Notes: generated from the sequence alone by a model not told the origin. Shown: positions 54,887 through 64,000, numbered from the stretch's first letter. The stretch: DNA of 64,000 bases from Gammaproteobacteria bacterium (GCA_965222155.1 CBDCTH010000012.1:2816001-2880000), one strand, 5' to 3'. Translations and numbers: made by a program.

Positions 54887-56871
54887 ACACTCTCCAGAAA
54901 TCCGTTAGAAACAGTGGTTGCACCCGTTGCGTCATCATAGTCTAAGTGGTAACTCTTTCCGACCCATGGGCGCAATCGATATAGATAATCGCCAGCAATT
55001 TCTTCATCTGTGGTAAACAGCAATGTTTGATGGCTCGCGTTGGGGAGATATCGCTCGACCAGACGGTCCCGGTGAGTTGAATCGAGACGTCCCATTGGCG
55101 TGTCAATGGCAACAGGCAGTAATTTACCTGACGCTTTTGCCATTCCCCATAGCAGGGCGACAGCCAGTAACTGTCGCTCGCCGGCTGATAACTGCTCGGA
55201 GGAAATGGGGGTTTGTTCCATGTCGCGCAGAAGAACAGCAAAGGTCTCCGGATGGATCCGTAATGTAGAAATCAACCTGTCTTTACGTAGTAAGGATTGA
55301 TAACTTTCCAGTGCCAGACGTTCCACGCTCCCGATATGACGGTGCAAAACGGCGGAACCGAACTCCGCCAGTGTCTGTCTCGCTAATTGTGAGTGTTGCA
55401 TAAAACGTTCGTCGTCCCTGTGTGATAACTTAGATTCGGCATTCTTTTCCCATAAGGTATTGATCTGGGATTCGAGACGATCACTCTCCCTGCGTATTTT
55501 TTCAAGTTCACTGTCTATACTTGTGATTTCATTTTCCAGTCTTATGATTTTGGTAACCAGTAAATCACGTTTTTTGACAATCTCATCAATAGAATCTTCT
55601 GGAGGAATTCCCGCTTTTTCTAACAGCGCCGCTTTCATTTCATCCCCTAGCTTGTGCTGCTTCACGAGTATATCCCTGACACTTTTTTCCAAACGAGACA
55701 GTTTGCTTTGCAGAAACGTATTCAGTCGCGTGACATTAGCATCACTTATGTTTAGCGGGGTTTTACCGGCTGCCAGTTCCTCCTGTTTTTCTAAATCGTC
55801 CTTGCAGAATTCTTCCAAAGCTTCCACCACGGCAGATGTATTCGACAGGGTTTGTACCAAACGAAGCATTCTAGTATCGCGCTCGCGCAGGTTTTCCACC
55901 ATGGCACGAGCCTGTGCAATCTTCTGTCCCTTTGTTGCATAACAGGCTACATCGTGCAATAGATCCTCGATCAAGAGCAATGGCAATTCGCTATTTGCGA
56001 GTTCCGCCATTTGGATATTACAAGCATCAAGGTTAGCTTCTACTTTGTTTACGCGGCGTTGTATTTCCTCGCGCCGGTCACGTAGTTCGCCCCCCAACAT
56101 TCGATACTCCTCCATCACGCAAGCTAGATCATCTCTGACCATGTCCAGTTCCTGTGTTTGTAGAACGGCTCTTTTTTCCACCTTCCGTTCGATTTGTTTA
56201 CGGAGAGACCTTGACTCCTTTTCTTTTTGGCGGATGATTTCGTTGTCTACGGCAGGCATTGTCGTACCCTGCCGCCGTCGTTCCAGAACTCGCAGATCCT
56301 TTTGCAGGCGTTCTACCACGTCTATACCAAACAGGTTGCGTACTCCGTTTGCGATCAGTTGACGGGCGCCATCTGGTGACGCGTAGGCGGCAATTTTTTC
56401 CCCATCAAAGAAGAACAGATGAGCAATATTCACCGGGATGATGTCATTGACATATTGGCCCCAGTTTTCCGTGAGAGATTTGTCAATACATTGATCTCGG
56501 GTAACCTCCAGTTTTTCCTTGACGCTATTGTTGGCACCTTCACTTTGCCAAGCACGAGTCACGTGGTAACAGGTTTCCACACTGTCTACAGTGCATCGAA
56601 AAACAACGGAAATGGAAGCCTGTCTCCTCGGTGAATGTTTATGGATTTTACTGGCGAGGAAGTCTTTATAACCACTACCATTGCGCCCTGCACACGTAGC
56701 TGCGGGGCCGAACAGGCACAGCTGTAGAGCGTCCATCAGTGTTGTTTTGCCAGCGCCGTTCAGTCCGCCAAACAACACAATCGGCTTATCCGAGGACGGC
56801 GGAGTCAAATCAATTTCCTGCACGCCAGCATACACCCCGAAGTCGTGCAATGTGATTTGATCAAGAATCAT
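54883..56871 (-). CDS. dndD: DNA sulfur modification protein DndD
   Basis: GGLNGAGKTT, FFFDGEKI, LSAGERQLLA, IDTPMGRLDS, ASHQ; between dndC and dndE. Confidence 0.95.
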   Translation of the reverse strand: MILDQITLHDFGVYAGVQEIDLTPPSSDKPIVLFGGLNGAGKTTLMDALQLCLFGPAATCAGRNGSGYKDFLASKIHKHSPRRQASISVVFRCTVDSVETCYHVTRAWQSEGANNSVKEKLEVTRDQCIDKSLTENWGQYVNDIIPVNIAHLFFFDGEKIAAYASPDGARQLIANGVRNLFGIDVVERLQKDLRVLERRRQGTTMPAVDNEIIRQKEKESRSLRKQIERKVEKRAVLQTQELDMVRDDLACVMEEYRMLGGELRDRREEIQRRVNKVEANLDACNIQMAELANSELPLLLIEDLLHDVACYATKGQKIAQARAMVENLRERDTRMLRLVQTLSNTSAVVEALEEFCKDDLEKQEELAAGKTPLNISDANVTRLNTFLQSKLSRLEKSVRDILVKQHKLGDEMKAALLEKAGIPPEDSIDEIVKKRDLLVTKIIRLENEITSIDSELEKIRRESDRLESQINTLWEKNAESKLSHRDDERFMQHSQLARQTLAEFGSAVLHRHIGSVERLALESYQSLLRKDRLISTLRIHPETFAVLLRDMEQTPISSEQLSAGERQLLAVALLWGMAKASGKLLPVAIDTPMGRLDSTHRDRLVERYLPNASHQTLLFTTDEEIAGDYLYRLRPWVGKSYHLDYDDATGATTVSNGFLESV

Positions 56872-58375
56872 CTGTATGTGTGTCTATTTCCTGTTTTTCA
56901 GCCACCGCGGTGAGTATCTGCTGACGTTGCCGGGCACGACCGACGGCATCTTCTTCATCACTATAATAGTTGCGCTCAATTGCGCTTTGCAGAGATTGAA
57001 ACACACCGGTACGGCGTATTGCCGGTTTATGGCGGCTTCCTATGGCAAGCAGCTCTCGTACCATTTCGTATTGATTCTGATTTTCGCCGCACAATTCACG
57101 TAGTAGTTGCATTTCCTGAGCACTGAAAACCGCACTATTATTAAGCTTACGCCCAGGATATTCTTCGCCGGTGGCGTCCTGATAAATACGTGGGAGATTA
57201 TCTTCCATCTCATGTTTTTCCACGACCCAGATGCGGCGAATCTCCTCCATTTCTTCCAGCTGAATCAGAGACAGGTTGCGGACGTATTCCGGTCCAATAC
57301 GGCGCACGATTGCTTGCGTTTCCAGCAGACGATGCAGTAGATGTTCGCGAAATTCTTGCTTATAGGGGCCAGGAATAGTTCGTCCATGAAAAAGCTGAAC
57401 TTGGCCATTCATGCGCCGGTAGTCTCGTAAAGGGCGGTCACCACCTTCTGGCATTGCGCGAAAATCAATCTCAGCCCGAATCTCCAAAAGCGGCATCATC
57501 CATTGCTTTTCCTCGTCGTTATGAATCATAGCCTGCATAGATTTGTCTTTTTCCACCAGCGTGCAAACCCAGCAACCGAAACGACTGTCACCACAACTTG
57601 GCGTCCCACTGGACACCACCAGCGGACACTCACCACCTTCCGTTGCACCTTTATACATGCTGAACAGATCCATGTTATCATGCCCCCACGGATTAGACTT
57701 TTCCAGTAGAAAAAGCCAAACATCATCATTTGCCCAATCCTCAATCGGCGTGTAAATGAACGAGTTGGAAAGATTGGCGTTCGGACTGATTTTTGCTCGT
57801 ACTCGCCCTTCTTCATGTCGGTCCATTGTTCGCGCGCGAGCTACACTTTCCGCCTTGCGGGAACCGAGAACTAAAAGTGTTTCACCATGTTTGTCAACTA
57901 CGGACGAAATGAAACGATGCGCCGGACGGATTTTTAATCGCTCAGTACACCAACGAAATTTTTGGCGTGGCGCTGCGTACCCTCGTCCAATCAGATTGAC
58001 CCAAAAACTATCAGCCAACTCTGGCGTTAAGCGATGCGAGGTGATGGGTAACCCTTGTGCCTCGGCGGCGTTTTGCATCTTGCTCAACGAATTACCCACC
58101 CAGGCGGCGACAATCGGGTTTTCTACCAATGTGTCTGTGCTGATGACATGAACGGGCTTATGTGCCCGTTTCGTTCCAATGCTTTGCAATGCAAACCAAA
58201 CCAATTGCAGGGTTGCCGTCGAGTCCTTGCCGCCACTGTATCCGACCGTCCAGGGAATATCATCGGCAAGATACACTTCCACCAATTCCTGCACGATAAC
58301 AGCAACACCCTCCTCAAAATCACCGCACGCATCAAAATATGAACAAGGTATGTTACCGTTTTGTTTCGCAGTCAT
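56861..58375 (-). CDS. dndC: DNA phosphorothioation sulfurtransferase DndC
   Basis: YSGGKDS, DTLVENP, IGRGY, FRWCTERLKI, ECPLV...SCGDSRFGCWVC. Confidence 0.96.
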   Translation of the reverse strand: MTAKQNGNIPCSYFDACGDFEEGVAVIVQELVEVYLADDIPWTVGYSGGKDSTATLQLVWFALQSIGTKRAHKPVHVISTDTLVENPIVAAWVGNSLSKMQNAAEAQGLPITSHRLTPELADSFWVNLIGRGYAAPRQKFRWCTERLKIRPAHRFISSVVDKHGETLLVLGSRKAESVARARTMDRHEEGRVRAKISPNANLSNSFIYTPIEDWANDDVWLFLLEKSNPWGHDNMDLFSMYKGATEGGECPLVVSSGTPSCGDSRFGCWVCTLVEKDKSMQAMIHNDEEKQWMMPLLEIRAEIDFRAMPEGGDRPLRDYRRMNGQVQLFHGRTIPGPYKQEFREHLLHRLLETQAIVRRIGPEYVRNLSLIQLEEMEEIRRIWVVEKHEMEDNLPRIYQDATGEEYPGRKLNNSAVFSAQEMQLLRELCGENQNQYEMVRELLAIGSRHKPAIRRTGVFQSLQSAIERNYYSDEEDAVGRARQRQQILTAVAEKQEIDTHTDDS

Positions 58376-58601
58376 CTTTATCCTAGTTCAATACTTATGA
58401 GACAAACTAAGCAGTCTGTGTGAATTGTTGATAATACGCCATTGGTAGTCGTTAAGCCAATTCCGTCATGGTAACGACAGGTGTTTTTACATGGTTGATA
58501 CTCTGACTGTTTTTGGTTAATGGCAGTCACCAACAGCCTGTCACTGAAATTCGCCCAGCGACGGTTGGACAACTATGCCCTGACCCGGGCCAACCAGCTA
58601 G

Positions 58602-60686
58602 CCCAAGTTTAACACCAACCCCCCGAATTTTGGTTGATTTTGGCTGATTTTCACCTGCAACTGCCGGTAAGTGATTGATTTTTCATGGTGAGGTGGGGGA
58701 GTTTAGCAAATGTAGTGCCATAATATTATATTTGTCTCTTGACGTGCCTTCCCCCGTCCGCTATCCTACCCCCCCTGTTCATCCGTCGCACCCGTACCCG
58801 TCATACCGACACCGGCCAGAAGTATTTCACCTACCGCCTGGTGCGCACCGAACGCATAGGGGAGAAAGTCCGCCAACGCACCCTGCTCAACCTCGGCAGT
58901 CACTACGATATCGACCGGGCCCACTGGCCGATGCTCTGTGCCCGCATCGAGCACTGGCTGGCCGGCCAGGCCGATTTGCTTGATCCGGATTGTCCGGCGG
59001 CGGTGGAAACCGAAGCGCAACGCAGCGCCGCCCAACTGCTGGCCCGCGCCCCGGCGCCCCCCGGCGCGGCGTCCCCCGAGGAGGTGCTGCACCGGGTGGC
59101 CGTCGATTCCCTGGCCCTGCTGCGGCCACGCTCGGTGGGGGTGGAAGCGGTAGGCCTGTGGGCCTTGCAGCAACTGGGCGTGCCGGCCTTGCTGGCACGA
59201 CTGGGGTTGACCGGGCCGCAACAGGCCGCCGCACTGGGGTCAATCATCGGGCGCCTGGCGGCACCGGGGTCGGAACGGGCCACCCATGCCTGGCTGGGTC
59301 AGCGCAGCGCCCTGGGCGAGTTGCTGGGGGTAGACTTTGAAGCCATGAGCGCCCTGCAACTGTATCGTGCCTCGGACGCCTTGCTGGCACACCGGAACGA
59401 CATCGAACGCCACCTGTTCCGGCAAGTGACTGATTTGTTCGGCTTAGCCCCCACCGTGACCCTGTATGACTTGACCAACACCTGCTTCGAGGGGGAGGCC
59501 GGGGCACAGCCGAAGGCGCGCCGCGGCCACTCGAAGGAGACACGCAGTGACTGTCCGTTGCTGACCTTGGGGCTGGTGCTGGACGGCAGTGGCTTTGTAC
59601 GACGCTCCCAGGTATTTGCCGGTACTGTCCGGGAAGACCGTACCCTGGCGGCCATGCTGACGGCGTTAGCAGCGCCGACGGGGGCCTTGGTGGTCATGGA
59701 CCGGGGGATTGCCACTGAGGCCAACATCACCTGGTTGCGTGAGCAGGGCTACCGTTACCTGGTGGTGAGCCGTGCCCGACACCGCCAATTTGACCTGGAG
59801 CAGGCCGTGACGATTGACACCGCCGCCGGGCAGCCGTTGCAACTGCATCGGGAACAGGGCGAGGACGAGACCCGCTTGTACTGTTATTCGGCCGCACGGG
59901 CCGAGAAGGAGAACGCCATGGCGGCCCGCTTCCAACAACGTTTCGAGGCCGGCCTGCAACGCCTGGCCGACGGGCTGGCGCGGCCGCGTACCCGCAAGGG
60001 CTTGAACAGCATCCACCAACGCCTCGGTCGGTTGCGTGAGACGAGTCGGGGGATGGCACCGCATTACGACATTACGGTAACGCCCGACTCCCGCGGCAAG
60101 CAGACCGCGTCCATCACCTGGCAGCGGCGGCCCCATGACGGTTCCCTGCTGACGCATCCCGGGGTGTATTGCCTGCGTAGCAACCTGACTGACTGGGATG
60201 CGGAGACGCTCTGGCGTACCTATACCCTGCTGACCGACCTGGAGGCCGTGTTCCGCGCACTGAAATCGGAGTTGGGTCTGCGTCCGGTGTGTCACCAGAC
60301 GCCGCCACGCGCCGAGGGGCACCTGTTCATCACCGTGTTGGCCTATCAGGCGGTGCAAACTATCCGCCGGCGGCTGCGGGCGCACGGGGAAACGGCCAGT
60401 TGGTCTACCTTGCGCCGTCTGCTGGGGGGACAGCAGCGGGTGACCGCCACCTTCCGGTGTGCCGACCGGCGTACCCTGCATGTACGCAAGGCCACGCGCC
60501 CGGAAGCCGAGCAGCAGGCCCTCTACAGGCTATTGGGCATCGAGGAGAACCCTGGCGGTACGCAAAAGACGGTGGTGTGATACGTTAACTGACCGGCAAA
60601 GGGCACTTTGTAGTGCCAGAAGCCAAATTTATAAATTCTAATTGATTGAATAATAAGAACTTATAAATAGGGGTGTTAAACTTGGG
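58602..60686 (+). mobile_element. IS1634-family insertion sequence with CTAG target duplication
   Basis: Inverted repeats cccaagtttaacacc / ggtgttaaacttggg; CTAG on both flanks; removing the element and one CTAG restores colinearity with ppx. Confidence 0.92.
58739..60580 (+). CDS. IS1634-family DDE transposase (start uncertain)
   Basis: FIRRTRT...KVRQRTLLNLG, LYDLTNTCFEG, RGHSKE.RSDCP, VVMDRG, LEAVFRALKSELGLRP, HLFITVLAY. Confidence 0.9.
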   Translation: MTCLPPSAILPPLFIRRTRTRHTDTGQKYFTYRLVRTERIGEKVRQRTLLNLGSHYDIDRAHWPMLCARIEHWLAGQADLLDPDCPAAVETEAQRSAAQLLARAPAPPGAASPEEVLHRVAVDSLALLRPRSVGVEAVGLWALQQLGVPALLARLGLTGPQQAAALGSIIGRLAAPGSERATHAWLGQRSALGELLGVDFEAMSALQLYRASDALLAHRNDIERHLFRQVTDLFGLAPTVTLYDLTNTCFEGEAGAQPKARRGHSKETRSDCPLLTLGLVLDGSGFVRRSQVFAGTVREDRTLAAMLTALAAPTGALVVMDRGIATEANITWLREQGYRYLVVSRARHRQFDLEQAVTIDTAAGQPLQLHREQGEDETRLYCYSAARAEKENAMAARFQQRFEAGLQRLADGLARPRTRKGLNSIHQRLGRLRETSRGMAPHYDITVTPDSRGKQTASITWQRRPHDGSLLTHPGVYCLRSNLTDWDAETLWRTYTLLTDLEAVFRALKSELGLRPVCHQTPPRAEGHLFITVLAYQAVQTIRRRLRAHGETASWSTLRRLLGGQQRVTATFRCADRRTLHVRKATRPEAEQQALYRLLGIEENPGGTQKTVV

Positions 60687-60721
60687 CTAGCTGAAGTGGA
60701 ATAGCTGAAGGTAATCAACTT

Positions 60722-61816
60722 TCAGCTGAAATTTGGCTGCATCGGTCTCTCTGCAGAGTCCGTCATTTTCACTGCATCCTCTAACACCTTCTCGGCGGCT
60801 TTCAGATTTTCAACCGTTTTATCAATGTCCAGCTTGTCACTGGCGTTGAAGGCTAACCAGTCTTTCCATTGGGCGACAGTCATAGTATGTCCCACCCTCA
60901 TCACCTTCGGCCTGTATACGAATTTTTCGCCTGCTTCAGATATCAGTTTGTGCCACCTGTCCTTCATCTCATATCGCTTATCTTTGTCTGCAATGCACAC
61001 CTTGAAACAAAGTTTTGCATCATCATTTTCAAGTTGAAGGTAGAGACCATCTTCCCCTTCCAGTTTGATCCAGTGCCACCAGAATCCCAGAAAGCCCCCC
61101 GATGGATTACTAACATAACCCCAACTCCACCAGACAGATCTCTCTTTCAATGTCAGTGCTTCCTCAAGGCACCGATAGAATCCTTGCCAAGAACCCCATG
61201 ACCAACTTTTTCTTTCTGCTTTTTTCCAATATTTGAAGCTGTCGGTGTCATTCTCCATTTCTTGCAGATATGCTTTGAAGTCAGTAAGTATCGGGTTGGA
61301 ACCATGGTAGTCATTCAGCACCGACAAAAAATCTGAGCGCTGAAAGACTTTGTACTTGTTCTTTGCACCTTCTATTTCTATTCGTTCTATACGTTGGACA
61401 TCGGCAAGAGGCTGATTGCCTGTCTTGAGATAAATCGGGTAGATATCATCTTTATCAACGACACCAAGTGTCGTCTTCTTATCTCGAACTGCCTCGTAGT
61501 ACCTTTGCAATTGTCTGTCGTGGTCGTCTGTTTGCGTTTTGTCCTCAATTAAAAGCACATGCTTGCCATTGATGCGGGCAAGTACATCAATGCTCTGATC
61601 TTGTTGTTTGATTTCAGCACATTCGATTTCCTCGTACAGGGCGGTCTTATGTTTGCCAAGTAACGCCTGTACAAACCCACGACCACAAGCGTGCAATGCT
61701 TCATCCTTCTGGATATTCTTCTTTTTCGACCAGTCAATCAGCCAACAGATCATTGCGTCTTGCGACAACTCTTTGGTCGCATACTTAAATATATTGGGTC
61801 TGCTTGTGCTTGCCAT
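60722..61816 (-). CDS. PD-(D/E)xK nuclease family protein
   Basis: PNIFKYATKELSQDA, IDVL...LLIEDKT, QLQRY; start set at ATG 61816. Confidence 0.8.
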   Translation of the reverse strand: MASTSRPNIFKYATKELSQDAMICWLIDWSKKKNIQKDEALHACGRGFVQALLGKHKTALYEEIECAEIKQQDQSIDVLARINGKHVLLIEDKTQTDDHDRQLQRYYEAVRDKKTTLGVVDKDDIYPIYLKTGNQPLADVQRIERIEIEGAKNKYKVFQRSDFLSVLNDYHGSNPILTDFKAYLQEMENDTDSFKYWKKAERKSWSWGSWQGFYRCLEEALTLKERSVWWSWGYVSNPSGGFLGFWWHWIKLEGEDGLYLQLENDDAKLCFKVCIADKDKRYEMKDRWHKLISEAGEKFVYRPKVMRVGHTMTVAQWKDWLAFNASDKLDIDKTVENLKAAEKVLEDAVKMTDSAERPMQPNFS

Positions 61817-61871
61817 AGTATTGATCTTCTTTCGTACATTATAAAGAAAGCGTTCATACCGAATTGAGTCA

Positions 61872-62117
61872 TCAAAATTCTCTGTACTCATATTCGAAGC
61901 AACTGACCTTGTCCACAAAGTCATTATTAGACTGTATGGCCTTTTTATTTTCTCCCCGCCATTGCTCAACTTTGCTCCACGCCAGTTTTTCCCACAACAC
62001 CTGCTCCAACGTTGCCGATAAGTTGATGTTCAGCGCCCTGGACTTATTTAGTAACTCACTGTTTAAAATAAGGTATATGGTTTTCTTTGGGGCCTGGTAG
62101 TCATACAATGGTTCCAT
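61872..62117 (-). CDS. ccdA: CcdA family antitoxin (orphan)
   Basis: APKK...LNSELLNKSRALNINLSATLEQ...WRGENKKAI...YREF; followed only by a TGATG-coupled MTQF stub resembling a ccdB start. Confidence 0.8.
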   Translation of the reverse strand: MEPLYDYQAPKKTIYLILNSELLNKSRALNINLSATLEQVLWEKLAWSKVEQWRGENKKAIQSNNDFVDKVSCFEYEYREF

Positions 62118-62275
62118 GCTACGTCCTCACTGGTTAGAGCAGTTCATTATACGCATTGAAATAAGCATTCGTTTATTGGAATATAAGACCTTCTGGCATC
62201 AAATAATTCGTTTCTAACACTGACATTTGCTTTTGTCGCCTCGCCGAATTAGGCTACGAGTAAGGAGAAAATGCC

Positions 62276-62548
62276 ATGACTGTCAAGATAAAGCATGAAA
62301 TTATGAGGCTTGATGCCAAAAATTCCGAAACGTTGCTCAAAACATTGGCCGCGCCTGTGTACTTTAACAGCAAGCTGACAGCCGCCTTTAAGGAACATGC
62401 TCAACGTATAACTAGTAAATGATTTCTATACCTGATTGTTGAACACTTCGATCACATCCATGACAGAGTTGATTTCCAGGATGGGGTAGTCTCGCTGGGT
62501 ACTATTAGCAAACAAATTTCAAACCTGTTTAGTCGGGAAGACAAATAA
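62276..62548 (+). pseudogene. Remnant of a DUF1778 antitoxin / GNAT toxin (TacAT-like) module
   Basis: 62276-62422 IMRLDAKNSETLLKTLAAPVYFNSKLTAAFKEH resembles the DUF1778 C-terminus; the following LIVEHFDHIHDRVDFQDG resembles a GNAT toxin N-terminus. Confidence 0.5.
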
Positions 62549-62564
62549 AGAAAACTAATTAGCG

Positions 62565-64000
62565 ATGAATAAACAAAACTCAGATCAAGTCATCAGCGAT
62601 GTAATGCAGATGGAAGAGCGAAACCGTCAAGCGCTGTCATTATTACTGGACCTACAACGAGAGAAGGATGGACATCTTTTTGCACTCAGTACCCGCATGG
62701 GGGAAACCTCATCCTACGTCACTACCGTGTCCTTGGGATGGGTTGTTCAAAATGTTCATTTCGCCGGGGACTTACCAATATTCAAGGGAAAAGTCGACAA
62801 GATAACAAAAAAAGTGCCTGTTGATGAAAATACAATCCGCGACATCCAGCAACGACAACCTGATTGGGAACGGCAACTACCAATGGCTCTTTATCTGGTC
62901 TTACGAAAGAATCACAAATTCCCTCCACTCCTGGTGGTCGGATATCAGGATTGGGTGTATAGCGATAACGCCGAGCAGTGGGGATTGGATAAACGCGCCA
63001 TGCAAAACAGCCTCACGGTAATGCCGCTGGAGCCCAAAGCCATTTACTTCGATTTAGATGTCAAGAACACCAAATACTATGCTTTAGATGGTCAACATCG
63101 CCTGATGGCGATCTTGGGTCTGCATGAGCTTTTGACTAAGGGAAAGTTATTCTCGCTAGATGTCAATGGGAAACCTAAACCAAACCGCTTAATCACTCGT
63201 GAGGCTATTATTAAACAAATACAAAAGGAAAACGGAGAAGACGAAGGAATGATCCACAATCGGTTAGAGAGATTGATGTCCGAACGCATTGGTATTGAGA
63301 TTATCCCCGCTGTCGCCAATGGGGAAACATATAAAGAAGCACTTTTTCGGTTGCGTGGCATTTTTATCGACGTCAATGAAAATGCAAAAAGGCTGAAGGA
63401 GGGCGAACTCATCCTGCTGGACGAAAATGTAGGATTCCGGATAGTTGTCCGAAATATTATGGTATCGCATGACTTGCTCAAAGGTAAAATTGATCAAAAC
63501 AAAACGCATCTTCCCGAGTCATCCGAGTGTTATACAACTTTGAAGACACTCGTGGAAATAGCGAGAAATTATCTTGGTGCCAAAACAGAGTTTTCTCCCT
63601 GGAAAAATCCTATGTTTGGAAATAAAAATTTTGGATTTATGCGGCCTCATGAATACGAACTCTCTGAAGGTACAATCGCACTGAACAGTTATTTTGATGC
63701 CTTGAAGCAGTTGCCGTCACATGCGCAGTTCATCCAAGGGAAGCCAGCTGGTGATATTAGGAAGAAAAATGGGGAAGACAATATACTCTTTCGTCCAGTG
63801 GCCCAAATGGCTCTTGCTGAGGCAGTAGCAGCTCTTGAGCGTGAAAATGAGATGTCTCTGGAAAGTATCATCAGTGAACTAGCCCGCCAAGAAGAGGCTG
63901 GTCAACTGAAACTTCGGGAGCGCACGGCGCCATGGTTTGGAGTACTGTGTAATCCCCTTGATCAGAAAATGCGCACTAAGAAAGAGTATCAAATCCTTTG
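62565..64000 (+). CDS. DGQHR-domain (DndB-like) protein, runs off the window end
   Basis: Open frame from ATG 62565 (MNKQNSDQ...) with QQRQPDWERQ, NHKFPPLLVV, YALDGQHRLMAI, IFIDVNENAK; absent from the ORF track because no stop falls inside the window. Confidence 0.85.
   Translation, partial: MNKQNSDQVISDVMQMEERNRQALSLLLDLQREKDGHLFALSTRMGETSSYVTTVSLGWVVQNVHFAGDLPIFKGKVDKITKKVPVDENTIRDIQQRQPDWERQLPMALYLVLRKNHKFPPLLVVGYQDWVYSDNAEQWGLDKRAMQNSLTVMPLEPKAIYFDLDVKNTKYYALDGQHRLMAILGLHELLTKGKLFSLDVNGKPKPNRLITREAIIKQIQKENGEDEGMIHNRLERLMSERIGIEIIPAVANGETYKEALFRLRGIFIDVNENAKRLKEGELILLDENVGFRIVVRNIMVSHDLLKGKIDQNKTHLPESSECYTTLKTLVEIARNYLGAKTEFSPWKNPMFGNKNFGFMRPHEYELSEGTIALNSYFDALKQLPSHAQFIQGKPAGDIRKKNGEDNILFRPVAQMALAEAVAALERENEMSLESIISELARQEEAGQLKLRERTAPWFGVLCNPLDQKMRTKKEYQIL

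Larger units (their letters stand above)
58520..60740 (+). repeat. Diverged duplicate of the ppx 3' end (~130 bp), split by IS1634
   Basis: 58520-58601 joined to 60691-60740 reads MAVTNSLSLKFAQRRLDNYALTRANQLAEVE*LKVINFQLKFG versus ppx VANTNGLSLKFPDVWLDNHALTRADLEIEAGYLEVVDFRLGFG (47615-47746), gap-free. Confidence 0.88.

Noticed and set aside
58595-60693. 22-bp perfect inverted repeat as the IS1634 ends
   Set aside because: The outer 7 bp come from a palindromic target. Alignment to ppx shows they are host sequence plus a CTAG duplication.
61817-61969. Longer 415-aa start for the PD-(D/E)xK nuclease
   Set aside because: It overlaps ccdA in another frame, and family-like sequence begins at MASTSRPNIF (61816).

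Overview
Gammaproteobacterial chromosome segment with mostly GC-rich housekeeping DNA. A decayed FN3/beta-barrel surface-protein gene and many pseudogenes hint at a host-associated, possibly sponge-type, symbiont (inference). Bases 1-28350 are core genes: purC, glnS, a single-ORF ubiH-ubiI fusion, pepP, zapA with 6S RNA, ilvA, rpiA, hemF, hisBH, HU, purDH, fis, accCB, aroQ, dsbD, cutA, fxsA and trmH. They are interspersed with three families of short palindromic repeats and a small repeat-bracketed insert (FN3 remnant, phd-vapC). Bases 28400-43200 are a decaying defence/mobile island. It holds an unclassified IS-like element with a Rep-like Tyr motif, an IS5 interrupted by a class D group II intron, DrmD-like and TcmP remnants, higBA, an intact 1804-aa helicase-DUF1998-nuclease and a hicBA-like pair. 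Bases 43200-47750 are a phosphate-related core block (OprO/P porin with Pho boxes, djlA, sixA, ppx). Bases 47750-64000 are a second defence island: dndCDE, a pbeABCD-like module and a coupled gene built from RNA-polymerase-type modules (RpoA alphaCTD, sigma70 region 4, delta-like HARE-HTH). This block is bounded by a diverged duplicate of the ppx 3' end that is split by an IS1634. A PD-(D/E)xK nuclease, toxin-antitoxin remnants and a DGQHR/DndB-like gene follow and run off the window. Best novelty candidates are the RNAP-module protein in the Dnd-Pbe operon, a 27-29 nt self-nesting mobile hairpin, cassettes bracketed by GGGGACACAATACTTAATT inverted ends, the Rep-like IS, and ppx 3'-end integration without a visible integrase. 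All calls come from motif recognition by eye; no database search was run.
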